A stretch of DNA of 62,945 bases, filler included, from Porpidia crustulata (Eukaryota): the NCBI GenBank assembly GCA_964255105.1. It is 18 parts of 18 records of this genome, joined end to end, with 100 filler letters (N's around TTAATTAATTAA, not from the genome) between each part and the next. Parts side by side here need not be neighbours in the genome. Positions count along the whole stretch, not along the records: positions 21,327 to 24,753 come from CAXUWE010002309.1; positions 24,854 to 28,270 come from CAXUWE010002310.1; positions 28,371 to 31,775 come from CAXUWE010002311.1; positions 31,876 to 35,267 come from CAXUWE010002312.1; 14 more parts are not named here. One strand, written 5' to 3'. A program made the translations under genes and the position numbers. Shown here one piece after another: positions 23,338-35,216 of this stretch (position 1 is its first letter; each line of letters begins with the position of its first letter). Below the pieces are notes generated by a model. That model had not been told where the DNA came from, did no database searches, and saw only the letters and a list, made by a program, of their open reading frames with translations.

Positions 23338-24753
23338 ATGACATTCAACCCACAGGAGTCAAGTGAGCCACCGTCACTTGAGGAATACCACTCCGTCCAC
23401 GGACATGGATCACGGACCAACAGTGAAAAGACCGTTGTTCCACCCGACGCCAGACCACTTGATGCTGAGCAAGTGGAACGGGTGGAGAAGCGTCAAGTAG
23501 ACGTCCCCCCTAATGGAGGCTACGGCTGGGTTTGCGTTGGATGTGTCTTCTGGATAAATGCCCATACGTGGGGGATTAACAGCGTTTGTTCTCTACTTTC
23601 CGGACTACCAAAGTACACCTCCTGCTGACTACGATAAACAAGTCATATGGTGTTTTTCTGGCGTATTACCTGACCCACGATTCCTACCCAGGCGCTACGC
23701 CGTTGGAATTTGCTTTCGTTGGCGGCCTTTCCATCTCGCAGGCGCTGATCATCTCACCTTTGGCAACAAACGTCACACGTTTGTATGGCACAAGGACTAC
23801 TCTTTTCATAGGTTGTTTCCTTGAAGCTCTTGCCCTCGTCGGAGCCTCGTTCTCCAAGCAAATCTGGCAGCTGTTTCTTAGTCAAGGCCTCTGTTTCGGT
23901 TTCGGCATGGGTTTTCTGTTTGTTGGCTCTGTTGGGGTAATCCCCCAATGGTTTACCACGAAACGAAGTCTTGCGAACGCTATAGGCACTGCAGGGAGTG
24001 GTGTTGGTGGTCTGATCTACAGTTTAGCTACGAATGCCATGATCCAGAGCATTGGAATTGGATGGGCGTTTCGAATATTAGGAATCCTTGCCTTCGTCGT
24101 TAATGCTGTCTGTGCACTTCTCATCAAAGACCGCAACAAAGCGATTGGAACTACACAAGCCGCATTCGACTATCGATTATTCCGAAAAGTGGAGTTCTGC
24201 TCAACAGTGTCATGGGGATTCTTCAGTGTCCTGGGCTACATCGTCCTCCTCTTTTCACTTCCTAACTACGCCCAGAGTGTTGGCTTGACTGCGCAGCAAG
24301 GGTCCATCATCGGGGCATTACTGAACCTCGGGCAAGGTCTAGGTCGCCCTGTCGTAGGTATCTTCAGCGACAGAGCAGGCCGTATTAACATTGCAGGATT
24401 CTTGTCCTTCATATGCGGTCTTTTCTGCTTTGTCATCTGGATCTTTGCCAAAAACTTCGGGGTTCTCATTTTCTTCGCACTGGTTGTCGGGACCGTTGTG
24501 AGTCTTCAGAGCGCCTGCCTCCTTTGACCTGGCGCGTTCCCAACCCCTAAGATACATAGCAAGAACAGACTCCGCAGACATGGTCTGTGTCTCATTAATT
24601 CATCATCAAAATCACTAATCAAAAACCCCCAAATAGGCCGGAACATTCTGGACCACAATCGCCCCGGTAGCCGCCGAAGTCGTCAGCCTAAAAGAACTCT
24701 CCTCCGCCCTCTCCATCGTCTGGATCGTCCTCGTCCTCCCCACAACATGTAAG
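23338..24753 (+). CDS. MFS monocarboxylate-porter family transporter (Mch/Esbp6-like), 3' truncated
   Basis: PPNGGYGWVCV...NAHTWGINS|SYGVFL, PQWFTTKRSLANAIGTAGSG, SDRAGRIN. Introns 23584-23642 and 24498-24636, and a donor at 24749. Confidence 0.92.
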
Positions 24754-27700
24754 NNNNNNNNNNNNNNNNNNNNNNNNNNNNNNNNNNNNNNNNNNNNTTA
24801 ATTAATTAANNNNNNNNNNNNNNNNNNNNNNNNNNNNNNNNNNNNNNNNNNNNAACTATTCCCATACCCTTATTACCCTGGCGTGATCTATGCTCGCAGT
24901 GCCTGAGGTTCAAATGTCATCTGATGCGAAAAAGGGTTGTGGAACGGGGTATTTTATTTGGGATTTCGGAGATGTGCAGGTGGGAGGGCGAGAGTGGAAA
25001 GGTGGGATGGGAGAGATGGAGGAGGAAGAGGATGATGAGGAAGGGTGAGGGATGTTTTGCGCTCATAGTCACGATGGCGCGAGAGTCAAGATGTACTGGT
25101 CAACAGCTGGGAAGGTTAGGGAGGGGATGCTGGATTTGGCGGAATTAGTTGTCCGAGGGGAACTGTGAACAAAGAGTTGGCGGTGTTGGTCCTAGCTACG
25201 CCGTCATGATTCTTCCCACGGCTTGCTCTCTATGCGCTCCTCGGCCCTTATCTGGACGTGGTTGCTTTGGTATTTTACCCGTAAGAACACTTTTGAAGCA
25301 GTCCCTGTCCCTCTTTAAACAACGATCTCAAGAGCATATGGAGACACATGGGGATCGTATTTGTAAATATTGCTGTATACGATCAGATGGGTGAGACAAA
25401 GATTGAGAAGAAATCGGGGAGATATGTTGATTGGCTGAAGGTCAAAGTTGCATCCCAACAAATGTTTCTCATCGATTGGAAGTGAAGAACAAGACTGTTC
25501 ATCCGATTTTCTGGTCAGAACATCGTTAGATATCCTCTGATCCTGGCATTGACGAAGCAAGTTTGTCAATTATGCTTACTTGATCGCGTGATAGTTGGTT
25601 CTCAGATCAATTGGTATTCTGGTATGGTTCGATGGATCCTGAACATGATAGAATCTTTCGAGCTCATGGACTTGAACTTCTATAGCATGCTTACAGGTAT
25701 CAAGCATTGGCGCCACAGAGCGGAAATTCTTAGCGCAATCTTAATACTCGGTCCTCTGTTGTTCTCGTTCTGTAGATCAAATCGAGCTAGGTTATCTGCC
25801 TGTTGTATGACTACATCTTAGTGGTGTGAAACGCTGTAGAGTATGCTATGCTCCATACTGCTAGAGGTGATTGAAACATGGGGTAATTTGTAACGGTCTA
25901 GTGAGGCTGATGATTATCAAAGAATTAAGTGGAGTTTCCAAGAAGACCGAGTTATCTCCATGTAATCATTCATAAGTCTCGGACAGGTTTTTGAGACACG
26001 ATCAAGCGGCTAAACCAGTATTCTTGGCGTAGAAAGGCACATCGACGAAGGCTGCATTTCTGACGAGATGAGAAGAGATTCCGCTCACGGAAAACATCCA
26101 GATAGTAAATATCGAGAATATAATAACAAAGCGGAGATCACAAAGAACGTATTGCTTGTTCAAAGAGTGAGATACGATTCGTGAGAATCAATGCCGGGAA
26201 AAGCATGACCAGATTATCAAATGTCATTGTAGACGTTCTTGCAACTGAATACGTATTTTCTCGAATGTTCAGCGTTTCATGGCTTGAAATGCAGGTGCGA
26301 TGAGACGTCTTGGATGAATGGAAATATAGAAAAGGCATCCGCACTCAAGGTACCACCTCTGCTCGATGATCGTCTGGCTGACAATGTCAAGTTCCAAACT
26401 TGATGTCTCCAATTGCTGATGTGGAAAGCGCGCCTTGCTTGTTATGGCCCGCTGCGTTGCGTGAATCGGGATTCTGACTTTGATTCCTCATCAGCAGTAT
26501 AAATCCACGGTGCGGAGTACGAGTACAAGCGAAACATTGCCATACTACTGTTGCAGCGGTGCTAGAATCATCCCTTGGGTTACCCGAAGCTGGTTATCGC
26601 TATATGAACACGTTGCAAGACAAAGGGGCCGCAGACAGAGATCGTTGCGGCACTAGTACGCGATGACGATCGAAGGCTACAGAGCTCATGGAATCGAATC
26701 GATAGTCAAGCTGGATCTTCGATCCTCAGCCCATAAACATCTCAAGAGGCGTTTTGGTTCTCGTCGTACCTAATGTGCGACACAATATGTTCATCACAGT
26801 GCGTGAGTGCGCAGTGATCTTGAAGGGCCAGGCCAGACACTGGCATCCACCGAGCTCTGGGGTCTGCCAAAGACACGTCCGGGAAAACACAACTTGAATG
26901 CTGATGGTTCAACAAGCTTATCATGTCCCGTCGACACACCATATATGAGGATGGCACATGGGGCACGTTGTGTGACCACACAATTAGCTATGATCGTCCC
27001 TGTCGTTCCTCGGGTATATTTTCCGCGGCACGTGGGAAGATCGACAGAAATCCTCTGTGCTATTCTCGTGTCGGCCAAGTGAATCTAATCGATCTAATTG
27101 GCACAACACCTATTTCAAAATTGTTGGACTTTGTGATAAGATCTCGAAATCGCTCCAGCCTGATTGATGACAAGAGCCTTGGGCGGTGCTTCGGCATGCC
27201 GTGAAAGCTTTTCGCGCAGTCATATGCGAACGAAACGTGGCATCTTGACTCTAGTGTTATGTGACTTTGATATGTAGAATGGCAAATTTAAGGATGGTTG
27301 TCGCTCTGTACGCATCACTAAGCAATTAGCCAAAGGTGAACGGGATCCAACAGCGTGGCAGGTCTTGATCAGAGAACGTAGCTGAATCCACCTTCGCTAC
27401 CGGCGACTGGAAGAAGCGGATGAAGCATGGCAAGGCGGTCGGCTGTACGCCCACACCTCCTGAAAACGACTAATCCAGGACGTCTAAAGTGTAGTGACAA
27501 ATAAGTCGGTGGTGGCGGAATGGCTGAAAAGAAGCGTTTCACAACAGAGGATTCGGCGGGAAAGATAACATTGATGTGGATGAGTAGGCACACGCACGAC
27601 AAGCTGAGGTCAAGCCGGCAAGCGTCCATGTACCTCCTGACGAGAACAACTCATGATCCCAGCTTCTTGCTCAATTTCCGTTTGAAGTGACCAGATCGAG

Positions 27701-29749
27701 AAAATCTGCCACCACAAAACGCCCCAGATCGACTTTAGCGCCCCCCCTGTCAATTGTGGTAATTGTTCTTTCTCAAATCATCAAGTCGAAGCGAACCCTA
27801 ATCCCACCCCCGAATATTAATAAATCTTTGATTCTGAATTTTCGGATTCTTGCTAGAGCCGCGAGGTGCGACCCAATCGCAGAAACAATAATCGGTGTGG
27901 AATTATTTACAATTACTGATATTCCATATTATTGATATTATTATTAGCGGTGTACTATCGGTCGTTTATATTAGAATCTGACAACATTCTACACTAGAGC
28001 AGGAAAGTCCGAAAGAAGCGTCGACGATGATCAATACTCGTTCTGGTATTGTCGCTTTGCTGATCCCTTCGGAAAGGCAGGTTTGACAGCTCAACTTTTC
28101 CAGTCTCTCGGTTTGTTTCCCTTCTTGCGCGCGATAGGCACATGGGACGAGGACGGCACGGAAGAAGGTAAGTGGGTAAAAGTAGGTGAGTATCGGCAAG
28201 CTAAGTGCGGGAACGTGGGGTCGTTGACCCTTAGTAGCCTCGGCTCGTCGCACACTCCCCCCTCCACCATNNNNNNNNNNNNNNNNNNNNNNNNNNNNNN
28301 NNNNNNNNNNNNNNTTAATTAATTAANNNNNNNNNNNNNNNNNNNNNNNNNNNNNNNNNNNNNNNNNNNNCCCCTCATACGCCCATCCCCGCGGAGATTG
28401 CTTGCAGTACAGGTCGCCCATAATTCCTATATAGTGAACCTTCCCTCGAATTCCATGTGTAAGATATTTCGCTTGCTGCGGGGACAGCGAGTTTTTCAAC
28501 CTCTACCTATCAGACCAAACATTAAAACCTTTCAAAGTCAAACCACACCAGACGCAAATCAGGATTTTCGACCATTATCACACTGCTGTCTAACCACAGG
28601 GTGCAGCTTCCATCATGTGTTACATTGTGCTTATCAGGATTAGGCACGACCGCCTTACAGCAACGACATATCCAACAAGTTGGCGGGAACGATGGCGCCA
28701 ACGCTTCACGTACAAAACCAAGACTTTCTGTCATACTCCAGAGGAAGTCAACAACCTTTACAGCGACAACCCGTTCGCTCATCCTCCACCATACTCTAGA
28801 CCTGCGTCAGGACAAGGAGACGTAGTGGAGATAGAAAATCAAGCTCACAGTCAATCTCTAGATCAAGGAACTCAAAAGTGTGGGTATACGATGAAATTTG
28901 CTGAAAGGAATGAAAAGACTATGCACTGATCAGTATAGTAGGCAATTTTGTAGTACATCCTCGTCCTGAAGATGGTCAGTAGCGTTGAAGCAAAGGTATG
29001 ATACCCAAAACCTCCCGCGAGGGTTATACACCATCTTAGCTAATATTGATATTCAGAGGCAGTTGATTTTCATGTTTGCTGTTAAATACAGATGCTATCG
29101 GGCGCATGGTACGATGGTGGGACGTGCTTTAGCCATTTAAGGGGTCGCCAATTTCTGAGCGCTTTCATAGATACTTGTCATGTGTGATAGGGCAATTTTT
29201 GTGACTACGAGCTGCAAGTTAACACGTTCAGTGTGGTGCTGAAGCCCGCACGCTTAGCTGGCGTCTGTAAATCGCACTAGCAGGGATAGGAACGATGAAC
29301 TCTGTGACCTCATTCACCTCAGCGCTAAGAAATCGAACACCGCCAATAGCCTAATCCAAATTAAGCTGACTTATTGACATTGATATAGATACAAATGGGG
29401 TACTTCCTGCAGGAAAGACGTTGGTAGGACTAGCACTAAAGTGGGAAGTCTCCCAGTCTTGCAGATACTGGCTTGCAGGACTTGGATTCCGGTGATACAT
29501 TTTCTTGATCTTCTAGGAATTCCATAGCGAGCTTTTCTTTGTGGAAATTTCTATGAGCACGACGTTCTCGAAGCGCGCGGAGTGATATTAGATCTTTGAT
29601 GATCTCCAATCTCCGAATATGCCCGTCCTTGGAGGCACAGGTTTGTGTGTCGTAAAAGAAAGCGAAGCGCTAGGTATAGGTTGACGCCAGTCACGAGTTG
29701 GATCCTCCGCCCAAATCCGATATGATGAAGAAGGCAACTCCCTGATAGG

Positions 29750-30530
29750 CCCATTCCCGCACTTTGTTATGCTTTGAAGCCGAACCGTGTCCAGAGGTCT
29801 TCTCTTCCGCCAGTACGAAGTCTTCCCCTCGCTCAATCCGGGGTGTCACGATAGGCTCCAGGATCTGGTTAACATACACATCGATTCAAACCTTCCCGTT
29901 AGTATTCGAGGGCACGGTGTAGAAGTGGATATCCGACTTGGAGTCTTGCCCACTGCAGCCAAATGTGTACCATTTTCTCGTCTTTTTCGACCGGTTTATG
30001 TCGATATTGAGCACAGTCTTGGCCGTATCGAACTCCAGGCTTTCGAGTTAGCCTTATGGACCGAACGTAAAATGTATTTCATCGCTGAAAGGGACATGTT
30101 TCCACTGCTCCTTGAGGGGTGGAGCATGATATCGACGTACTCAACCTTCTTATCCGTCATTCTTTGATCTAGCCAGCCCTCAGGGCAAGCCAAGCACTTG
30201 TGATAATTTAGGACTCATCTCATGGTCCTTTATATTGTATGCCCTGAAAAAGTAGCCCCAATTTCTGTAGCAACTTGGTCCCGAGTTTGGGCTTTCCTCT
30301 CAACTTCTAGAGCTACCTCTTCCAGTATCGAATCAGCCTCCCAGACCTCCTCGGGAATACTTTGAAGGGGCAGCCGCATGTCTCGTCATAGACTCGGTTG
30401 TGAAAGGTTCTAGCTGGTTCGTTTTTGACGATTCTGTAGCGCGAAGCTTACTGAACGTGGAAGTGTTTAAAGGCTTTTTGCTTAAGTAGGGTATTGAAAT
30501 GGATTTCCAAGTCTTCTTGCTTGCAAACAT
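29750..30530 (-). mobile_element. Degenerate Tc1/mariner (DDE_3-type) transposase relic
   Basis: RTFHN..ETCG, GHTI*RTM..LNYHKCLAC..GW, WKHVPFSDEIHF.FGP, RKPGVRY..DC, KSDIHFYTVPSNTNGK, YVNQILEPIV...FVLAEEKTSGHG...VREW. Multiple stops and frameshifts; the SPDL..IE region is missing. Confidence 0.85.
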
Positions 30531-30885
30531 TGAACTACTTCTGGAACCTTAGCCCTAGAAGGAGTATTAGGTGTGTTTAACGCTTATGTATAGGTGTCTG
30601 ATTAGGTATCGGGCGCGGTGGAGGTGTAGTAGCCATAACCGAGATGTGCCTCGGTTAATTTTGGTAGAGTAGGTCCTTCTTGTTGTGTCGGGCAGCTTAC
30701 AGGGATTACAAAGAGAATCTTAAACTGGCCAATCTCTTCCTCGATGTTCTGTTGCTGCTTCGATTATAGCCTCCCTAGTGCCGAGTCATTCACGCATAAG
30801 ATCTTTGTCGACTGCTCATGTAGCGATATCAATAGACCAGATCAGCATAGGTGACTACCACGTATGCCGACAGGATCTTATCACT

Positions 30886-31775
30886 ATGTCTTCAACAGCG
30901 CCAATCCCCGTTTCAAATATCTTAAGGTCTAGTAACAGCGATGCCGCAAAACAAGACTTGTGGGAGCAAGCTTGGAATACTCTAAACATCGAAGATCAAA
31001 AGCAATACGGCAATCCTACATCTGATATACTTGACATCTTGAAGAACGTATGTAATGGTTTTTGGATAATGCGAGTGTACATTGATTCCGCGGCGTACAA
31101 TATTCAAATCAAGCCTGCTGACGTACGGTCTCTCAATAAGGTTCAAGAAGCTACCGAGAGCAAGAAGAAACTGTGTGTAGCAAAGGGTTGGAGAATTTAT
31201 CGCAATAAGCATGGTGAAGAGGTTAAACTCCGACATGTCCTTGAGAAAATATCCGTATGGGTCAAAGGGATTATCAAAGTCATCGATGTAGGGGTTTCAT
31301 TGGATCAGAGCGGCCACGCAGCTTTGCCTTGGGCAGTCGTGAAATATCTTACCACTGTAGGGAAGCACGCTACAAACGTCGAAACCTACTTACATAGAGA
31401 GCGTAGGTCGGGTTCTCAGACATCGATCTGTTCAGTAAAGTTGCAGAAGGCGTCGAGTCTATTTCTAGCCTTATTGCACGATACACAATTTTTGAAAAGC
31501 TTTATCTACATGAAGACTGCGAGGCGACACCATGGCTTCACGAGTCCATAAGAAAGCTCTACGCAGCGATACTGACTTACCTGGCTAGAGTCAAGTCTTA
31601 CTTGACCGGCAATAGTTGGAGTATGTCCTCGACCACAGTGGTCCAAGAGCGCATAATTTATCTAACAGAAAGAAATCCATGCTGACTTTCACTTTTAGAA
31701 CGATTTAGCCAAAGCTTAGGCGAAGCGATGCGTAAGCAATATGATGAGCTGTGGGCGGAAATCTCCGAGACCGAA
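30886..31775 (+). CDS. N-terminal NACHT_N-type domain of an NLR-like NACHT protein, 3' truncated
   Basis: DLWEQAWNTL, KKKLC..KGW, LRHVLEKISVWV...DQSGHAALPWAVVK, LIARYTIFEKLYL, LYAAILTYLAR. Introns 31048-31140, 31357-31406, 31622-31699. Confidence 0.82.
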
Positions 31776-31875
31776 NNNNNNNNNNNNNNNNNNNNNNNNN
31801 NNNNNNNNNNNNNNNNNNNTTAATTAATTAANNNNNNNNNNNNNNNNNNNNNNNNNNNNNNNNNNNNNNNNNNNN

Positions 31876-32533
31876 AAGGAGATCATGCCGTTGGTTTGCT
31901 CGGACCCTGGGAGTTTGGGTTAGTCTGGAAGGGAGTGGTGGAGATGGGGCATCGCTTACACTGGGGAAACCTGTCCTCGTAGGTCCTGAATTTATCCTGG
32001 AACTCGCGGATTTTGATGTTGTCCTCGTAAAACAAAATCTATTCCACCTCATTAGCATACAGTAATCCCCGAATTGCCCCTCGTCCCAAACGCACAGTTC
32101 CATAAGCCGCTCTGAAGCCATCGAATCTCTGCTCCGCATGCTTGAATGACTCCTCCGGCAACTGCTGCTTGTATATCTCCGTCGTCACGTCCCACATCTT
32201 GGTGTGGGCTTCCTTGAGTAGTAGCACCATACGCGTGGTCTGCGAATTGAAGGCGCTGGGGGTGTGCAGCACGGCTTCCTTGACAAGTTCCTGGATGCGG
32301 GAGTCCGGGATGGTGGATTCGTTGCTCAGCTGGTAGATTGTGCGGCGGCCCTTGACGGCGTCGAAGAATGCGTTACTGCCGGGAGCCATGTTGCTGTTCG
32401 TGGTGGTGAAGGTGCGTGGAAGAGGGTACTGGATTCGAGATACAAAGGATGATAGTCTGGAGGTGGTGGGGAGGAATCTTTGTACGGCGAGGGTTGTGGG
32501 GGGAATGAAGCTTTTAGCCAGGGAGACGGCCAT
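31876..32533 (-). CDS. Nitroreductase family protein (Hbn1/Frm2-like), 3' truncated
   Basis: RRTIYQL, VLHTPSAFNSQTTRMVLL, FRAAYGT|ILFYED, FPQ|WSEQTNGM. Core ATG at 32389 and upstream in-frame ATG at 32533. Confidence 0.9.
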
Positions 32534-32773
32534 TCGATTCACAGACGGCAGCTGCAAGCCAAATAGCACGAGGACTAACAGGATACTTGCATCTCGAAGA
32601 CTGTGCTGCATGGCGGTTGCTTGTACACGTCATGAGTTGATACTTTGACTGATGCCATTTTAATTGGTTGTTACATTGTTAATTGACGATAAAAGCTGAA
32701 GCATTTACGATGCAGCTATCGGTCATTGCGATTGATCGACGACGGGTATCTACACTTACAGCTTGGCACGCAT

Positions 32774-33050
32774 AAATCCGGACCGCAAATGTCGAGTCTC
32801 CGCTCACATCACTAAATTTATCACTACATTTTTGAAAATGGCAATTCAACAACATGATGTTGAGCTCTGATCAAGATCACGATACATTTATCACAGCTGA
32901 AGACAGAATGTTTTTTAATTTGGTGAAAGCAATTATTGGTGTCGAGAATAGAACAAATGATTATTCAATCAGTCAATGTCTTCAAAAATGCAGTCGTGAG
33001 TTGTAAATTCGATGATGTGAACGGATGATCGGCATTTGCGGTCCGGATTT
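32774..33050. mobile_element. MITE-like inverted-repeat element in a divergent promoter
   Basis: AAATCCGGACCGCAAATG (32774-32791) is the perfect reverse complement of 33033-33050. Pairing extends to 39/47 matches (32774-32820 vs 33004-33050). The interior is AT-rich and non-coding. Confidence 0.6.
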
Positions 33051-33164
33051 TTCTATCACCCGCGAGCCGGGTCTGATGGCCCTAAGATATATTACAAATA
33101 TTAAAGGTAGAGCCATCCATAGCTTACTCGATTGTGCGCTTTGCAGTCAATTGTAGCGGCCACT

Positions 33165-33731
33165 ATGGCAACCAACATAATTCTCCGACCTCCAACCGCA
33201 TCAAATCTTCCTGCCCCAGACTTCACCCCTCCCACCACTGCCTGGCTCTCAGGAACCTGGCATGTCACTCACTCAACCCTTCCCATGTGGTCATCCAAGC
33301 GCAATGTTACAATTACCTATGAGTCTCTCCCTTCCACCCCCGGTACCACTTCTCAGAATAATACCGATCGACTCGACGATATTGTCTCCTATCAACCCCT
33401 CACCTCCGAGAAGGTCAAAACCGTCAACGGCATCGATACTGCCAGCGGCAAAGACGCGAGAGCATGGGATTGGCGCGGGAAGGGATGGTTGAAGATCGCG
33501 TCGTCACATTGGGAGGTCCTGGGATGGGGAGAGTTGGACGGAGGAGGACAGTGGGCCGTTACCTACTTTGCGAAGACACTATTCACGCCCGCGGGGATCG
33601 ATGTGTATTCAAGAGAGAAGAGTGGAGTGCCCGAAGAAGTCTTGGAGGGGATAAAGGCGTCATTGGGTGGAATAGCGGATGCAGGGGTGAAGAAACTCGC
33701 GGGGGAGATTTTCGAGGTCAAAAGAGATTGA
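33165..33731 (+). CDS. Conserved lipocalin/calycin-like hypothetical protein
   Basis: WLSGTWHVTHSTLPMW..KRNVTITY, WDWRGKGWLKIASSHWEVLGWG, WAVTYFAKTLFTPAGIDVYSR. Single exon. Confidence 0.8.
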   Translation: MATNIILRPPTASNLPAPDFTPPTTAWLSGTWHVTHSTLPMWSSKRNVTITYESLPSTPGTTSQNNTDRLDDIVSYQPLTSEKVKTVNGIDTASGKDARAWDWRGKGWLKIASSHWEVLGWGELDGGGQWAVTYFAKTLFTPAGIDVYSREKSGVPEEVLEGIKASLGGIADAGVKKLAGEIFEVKRD

Positions 33732-34544
33732 AGAGCTTAAGACTTGCGCGTGAACACAAGAATCGGATCTTGGCCTCGGTATCAAACTAGAGGCGATCGT
33801 AGTACCTTCTGGCAAGCTTGCATGAGGATCAAGCTTGGCAGGTACCGTGGCTGCGTGGCCCTGGGCTGTGCTCGATTGAAATCTGGCGTCAGTTCAAGAT
33901 GCGGCTTCGAGCCAATACGGACCCGAAGTCAAGCTCGCAGACGCCAATCCTGATACTAAGTGCTGAGCGACTGATGCAACGGCGAGACTTTACACAATGA
34001 AAGAGGGCGGTGGTGCGGTCTCTGTCCATCAGTACGATAGACCAAAGCGAAGACCAAGATAGGGGTGGGTTTAACTACTCAGGAATGAACATCGTGCCCG
34101 TGACTCGGAGAGCCAGAGCTCTGGGTGGCGGGTTGAAACACCATGCACGTCAAGCGCAGGCTTCGACAAGAGGCCGCCGGCTTTCGAGATGGATAGCTGT
34201 GTTGAAACAGTGACCGAATATTATACAATCACAATTGTATTCAATGAAGCTATTTTATTTCAAGGAATCTTGAAGCAGCCATCAGCAATATTCTAGTCGT
34301 TTTTGCTCTGTACTACAATAGAGGAGAATATCCTTATGACACATTACCCGTGGAGTCATCTCCTGGTTAAAGCCATCTCGCTGACGACTTGCTTGCTTCC
34401 TGCAATTACCCAGACCAGTAATCCGTAATTTGTGGCCCTGAAATAAGGAAAATCTATCAAGACATGACTGCACTCTCCTCACATAACAGCACAAGCACCT
34501 CCCAACCACCCTTTACACAGCCCCAGAGATTCCCTCTCTCATCC

Positions 34545-35216
34545 TCACTTTTCCCCATCAGCAGCCAATAGCTCATCAACAGCCTTCACTTTGTCCCCAA
34601 AAGATTGTTTCTTGTCGATCCTTTCTCCCCGTCAGCTTTCCTCTTGTTCAACCCACCAACGCAATCGAAGTTCTCCACGTCATTGACACTGCAGACGAGT
34701 AATTCTCCCGCTCAGAGAACCCGTAGAAAACTAGTAAGGGAGAGCTCCCAAAACACTACCAGAGCCCACATCTGAGAACGCAAGCGTGAGACGCAGCAAG
34801 TGAAGCCTAAGAAACATCTGAGGACGCAAAAAGAAAGCACACTGAGAATCTCACCTCGACCCGACCCTCACATCCGACTGGATCCTGACTACCCCCTTTG
34901 CATGTAGCAAGCAATGACACTGCCCAATAACCCTCATGACATCTTCCCACGATCCTTCTATTCCCCCCGCACCCAGATGATTAGCCTCCCCTTACCCAAA
35001 AATATCCTTTTTCCTTTCCCTTCCTCCCTCCAAGAACTCCCCCTCACTTCTCCGCTCCACCCTCCCCAAAGTCCAAAAAGCCGCATAAACACAGAATAGG
35101 AACAACGTACCAACAGTCGTCCCGGCCGAATGCATCGAGAAGCTCAGCCCGCTCTGCTGCAACAGGCGCTGCACGTCGGCGACTTGGTGGGAGACGGAAG
35201 GGGTGGAAGTACCGAT
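34545..35216 (-). CDS. ECM15: Thiamine-binding/UPF0045 protein (Ecm15-like), 5' truncated
   Basis: Spliced IGTSTPSVSHQVADVQRLLQQSGLSFSMHSAGTTV|EGSWEDVMRVIGQCH..LHAKGVVRIQSDVRVGSR|IDKKQSFGDKVKAVDELLA. Confidence 0.85.

Noticed and set aside
24854..28270. Short ORFs in contig 8, including EDGTWGTLCD resembling an SRCR motif
   Set aside because: There is no coherent gene model or Cys pattern. The contig is treated as intergenic or unrecognisably decayed.
28600..28990. Small ORF with a PPPY motif and possible splice sites
   Set aside because: No clear start codon or family similarity.
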